DNA of 64,000 nt, taken from positions 429,660,001-429,724,000 of the forward strand of contig OZ024740.1 of assembly GCA_964016885.1 (NCBI GenBank), written 5' to 3'. This document shows positions 58,601 through 64,000 of the stretch, piece after piece; positions within the stretch are counted from its first letter, which is position 1; each line of letters begins with the position of its first letter. The DNA is from Eledone cirrhosa. Lineage: Eukaryota. The position numbers and the translations under genes were made by a program. The notes under the pieces are model-generated. The model was not told the origin of the DNA. It saw only the letters and a list, made by a program, of their open reading frames with translations, and did not search any database.

Positions 58601-61600
58601 ACCTATATCATTACTGTTATGTTATTCTAAATAACAACCTAATATTACTACCTATATCATTACTGTTATATTATTCTAAATAACAACCAAATATTACTAC
58701 CTATATCATTACTGTTATATTATTCTAAATAACAACCTAATATTACTACCTATATCATTACTGTTATATTATTCTAAATAACAACCTAATATTACTATCT
58801 ATATCATTACTGTTGTATTATTCTAAATAACAACCTAATATTACTACCTATATCATTACTGTTATTTTATTCTAAATAACAACCTAATATTACTACCTAT
58901 ATCATTACTGTTATATTATTCTAAATAACAACCTAATATTACTACCTATATCATTACTGTTATATTATTCTAAATAATAACCTAATATTACTACCTATAT
59001 CATTACTGTTATATTATTCTACATAACAACCTAATATTACTACCTATATCATTACTGTTATATTATTCTAAATAACAACCTAATATTACTACCTATATCA
59101 TTACTGTTATATTATTCTAAATAATAACCTAATATTACTACCTATATCATTACTGTTATATTATTCTAAATAACAACCTAATATTACTACCTATATCATT
59201 ACTGTTATATTATTCTAAACAACAACCTAATATTACTACCTATATCATTACTGTTATATTATTCTAAATAACAACCTAATATTACTACCTATATCATTAC
59301 TGTTATATTATATTAAATAACAACCTAATATTACTGCCTATATCATTACTTTTATATTATTCTAAATAACAACCTAATATTACTACCTATATCATTACTG
59401 TTATATTATTCTAAATAACAACCTAATATTACTACCTATATCATTACTGTTATATTATTCTAAATAACAACCTAATATTACAACCTATATCATTACTGTT
59501 CTATTATTCTAAATAACAACCTAATATTACTACCTATATCATTACTGTTATATTATTCTAAATAATAACCTAATATTACTACCTATATCATTACTGTTTT
59601 ATTATTCTAAATAACAATCTAATATTACTACCTATATCATTACTGTTATATTATTTTAAACAACAACCTAATGTTACTACCTATATCATTACTGTTATAT
59701 TATTATAAATAACAACCTAATATTACTACCTATATCATTACTGTTATATTATTCTAAATAACAACCTAATATTACTACCTATATCATTACTGTTATATTA
59801 TTCTAAATAACAACCTAATATTACTACCTATATCATTACTGTTATATTATTTTAAATAACAACCTAATATTACTACCTATATCATTACTGTTATATTATT
59901 CTAAATAACAACCTAATAGTACTACCTATATCATTACTGTTATATTATTTTAAATAACAACCTAATATTACTACCTATATCATTACTGTTATATTATTCT
60001 AAATAACAACCTAATATTACTACCTATATAATTACTGTTATATTATTCTAAATAACAACCTAATATTACTACCTATATCATCACTGTTATATTATTTTAA
60101 ATAACAACCTAATATTACTACCTATATCATTACTGTTATATTATTCTAAATAACAACCTAATATTACTACCTATATCATTACTTTTATATTATTCTAAAT
60201 AACAACCTAATATTACTACCTATATCATTACTGTAATATTATTCTAAATAACAACCTAATATTACTACCTATATCATTACTGTTATATTATTCGAAATAA
60301 CAACCTAATATTACTACCTATATCATTACTGTTATATTATTCTAAATAATAACCTAATATTACTACCTATATCATTACTGTTTTATTATTCTAAATAACA
60401 ATCTAATATTACTACCTATATCATTACTGTTATATTATTTTAAACAACAACCTAATGTTACTACCTATATCATTACTGTTATATTATTATAAATAACAAC
60501 CTAATATTACTACCTATATCATTACTGTTATATTATTCTAAATAACAACCTAATATTACTACCTATATCATTACTGTTATATTATTCTAAATAACAACCT
60601 AATATTACTACCTATATCATTACTGTTATATTATTTTAAATAACAACCTAATATTACTACCTATATCATTACTGTTATATTATTCTAAATAACAACCTAA
60701 TAGTACTACCTATATCATTACTGTTATATTATTTTAAATAACAACCTAATATTACTACCTATATCATTACTGTTATATTATTCTAAATAACAACCTAATA
60801 TTACTACCTATATAATTACTGTTATATTATTCTAAATAACAACCTAATATTACTACCTATATCATCACTGTTATATTATTTTAAATAACAACCTAATATT
60901 ACTACCTATATCATTACTGTTATATTATTCTAAATAACAACCTAATATTACTACCTATATCATTACTTTTATATTATTCTAAATAACAACCTAATATTAC
61001 TACCTATATCATTACTGTAATATTATTCTAAATAACAACCTAATATTACTACCTATATCATTACTGTTATATTATTTTAAATAACAACCTAATATTACTA
61101 CCTATATCATTACTGTTATATTATTCTAAATAACAACCTAATATTACTACCTATATCATTACTGTTATATTATTCTAAATAACAACCTAATATTACTACC
61201 TATATCATTACTGTTATATTATTCTAAATAACAACCTAATACTACAACCTATATCATTACTGTTATATTATTCTAAATAACAACCTAATATTACTACCTA
61301 TACCATTACTGTTATATTATTTTAAATAACAACCTAATATTACTACCTATATCACTACTTTTATATTATTCTAAATAACAACCTAATATTACTACCTATA
61401 TCATTACTGTTATATTATTCTAAATAAGAACCTAATATTACTACCTATATCATTACTGTTATATTATTCTAAATAACAACCTAATATTACTACCTATATC
61501 ATTACTGTTATATTATTCGAAATAATAACCTAATATTACTACCTATATCATTACTGTTATATTATTCGAAATAACAACCTAATATTACTACCTATATCAT

Positions 61601-64000
61601 TACTGTTATATTATTATAAATAACAACCTAAAATTACTACCTATATCATTACTGTTATATTATTCTAAATAACAACCTAATATTACTACCTATATCATTA
61701 CTGTTATATTATTCGAAATAACAACCTAATATTACTACCTATATCATTACTGTTATATTATTCGAAATAACAACCTAATATTACTACCTATATCATTACT
61801 GTTATATTATTTGAAATAACAACCTAAAATTACTACCTATATCATTACTGTTATATTATTCTAAATAACAACATAATATTACTACCTATATTATTACTGT
61901 TATATTATTCTAATTAACAACCTAATATTACTACCTATATCATTACTGTTATATTATTTTAAATAACAACCTAATATTAGTACCTATATCATTACTGTTA
62001 TATTATTCTAAATAACAACCTAATATTACTACCTATATCATTACTGTTATATTATTCTAAATAACAACCTAATATTACAACCTATATCATTACTGTTATA
62101 TTATTCTAAATAACAACCTAATATTACAACCTATATCTTTACTGTTATATTATTCTAAGTAACAACCTAATATTACTACCTATATCATTACTGTTATATT
62201 ATTTTAAATAACAACCTAATATTACTACCTATATCATTACTGTTATATTATTCTAAATAACAACCTAATATTACTACCTATATCATTACTGTTATATTAT
62301 TCTAAATAACAACCTAATATTACTACCTATATCATTATTGTTATGTTATTCTAAATAACAACCTAATATTACTACCTATATCATTACTGTTATATTATTC
62401 GAAATAACAACCTAATATTACTACCTATATCATTACTGTTATATTATTCGAAATAACAACCTAATATTACTACCTATATCATTACTGTTATATTATTTGA
62501 AATAACAACCTAAAATTACTACCTATATCATTACTGTTATATTATTCTAAATAACAACATAATATTACTACCTATATTATTACTGTTATATTATTCTAAT
62601 TAACAACCTAATATTACTACCTATATCATTACTGTTATATTATTTTAAATAACAACCTAATATTAGTACCTATATCATTACTGTTATATTATTCTAAATA
62701 ACAACCTAATATTACTACCTATATCATTACTGTTATATTATTCTAAATAACAACCTAATATTACAACCTATATCATTACTGTTATATTATTCTAAATAAC
62801 AACCTAATATTACAACCTATATCTTTACTGTTATATTATTCTAAGTAACAACCTAATATTACTACCTATATCATTACTGTTATATTATTTTAAATAACAA
62901 CCTAATATTACTACCTATATCATTACTGTTATATTATTCTAAATAACAACCTAATATTACTACCTATATCATTACTGTTATATTATTCTAAATAACAACC
63001 TAATATTACTACCTATATCATTACTGTTATGTTATTCTAAATAACAACCTAATATTACTACCTATATCATTACTGTTATATTATTCTAAATAACAACCAA
63101 ATATTACTACCTATATCATTACTGTTATATTATTCTAAATAACAACCTAATATTACTACCTATATCATTACTGTTATATTATTCTAAATAACAACCTAAT
63201 ATTACTATCTATATCATTACTGTTGTATTATTCTAAATAACAACCTAATATTACTACCTATATCATTACTGTTATTTTATTCTAAATAACAACCTAATAT
63301 TACTACCTATATCATTACTGTTATATTATTCTAAATAACAACCTAATATTACTACCTATATCATTACTGTTATATTATTCTAAATAATAACCTAATATTA
63401 CTACCTATATCATTACTGTTATATTATTCTACATAACAATCTAATATTACTACCTATATCATTGCTGTTATATTATTCTAAACAACAACCTAATATTACT
63501 ACCTATATCATTACTGTTATATTATTCTAAATAACAACCTAATATTACTACCTATATCATTACTGTTATATTATTTTAAATAACAACCTAATATTACTAC
63601 CTATATCATTACTGTTATATTATTATAAAGAACAACCTAATATTACTACCTATATCATTACTGTTATATTATTCTAAATAACAACCTAATATTACTACCT
63701 ATATCATCACTGTTATATTATTTTAAATAACAACCTAATATTACTACCTATATCATTACTGTTATATTATTCTAAATAACAACCTAATATTACTACCTAT
63801 ATCATTACTTTTATATTATTCTAAATAACAACCTAATATTACTACCTATATCATTACTGTAATATTATTCTAAATAACAACCTAATATTACTACCTATAT
63901 CATTACTGTTATATTATTTTAAATAACAACCTAATATTACTACCTATATCATTACTGTTATATTATTCTAAATAACAACCTAATATTACTACCTATATCA
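37696..64000 (+). repeat. 49-bp AT-rich satellite ttatattattctaaataacaacctaatattactacctatatcattactg, ~537 units, runs off the window end
   Basis: Period 49 (ttctaaa at 37704 and 37753); single orientation throughout. Confidence 0.99.

Noticed and set aside
34349-64000. CRISPR-like appearance of the 29- and 49-bp repeats
   Set aside because: Head-to-tail tandem units with no unique spacers, no cas genes and a eukaryotic context

Overview
Eukaryotic, AT-rich, repeat-saturated DNA with no supportable host gene. The SINE families resemble those of octopus/cephalopod genomes, which is an inference from recalled repeat motifs. Bases 1-33.9 kb are a mosaic of (TA)n/(CA)n microsatellites carrying tRNA-derived SINEs, four Tx1/L1-type LINE copies, RTE fragments, a fossil R4/Dong-type retrotransposon and a 5'-truncated Penelope-like element (PLE) with a GIY-YIG ORF. 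From 33.95 kb to the end lie three abutting satellites with 11-, 29- and 49-bp units; the last is over 26 kb long and has higher-order duplications. The main hidden signal is about 11 type I hammerhead ribozyme (HHR) motifs from at least 5 sequence families, readable by eye on both strands. They sit in small non-coding modules that are palindromic or direct-repeat and anchored in (TA)n tracts. One has a retrozyme-like layout: two 329-bp direct repeats, each with an HHR, and a 557-nt unit. Nearly all ORFs in the supplied track are microsatellite or minisatellite artefacts.
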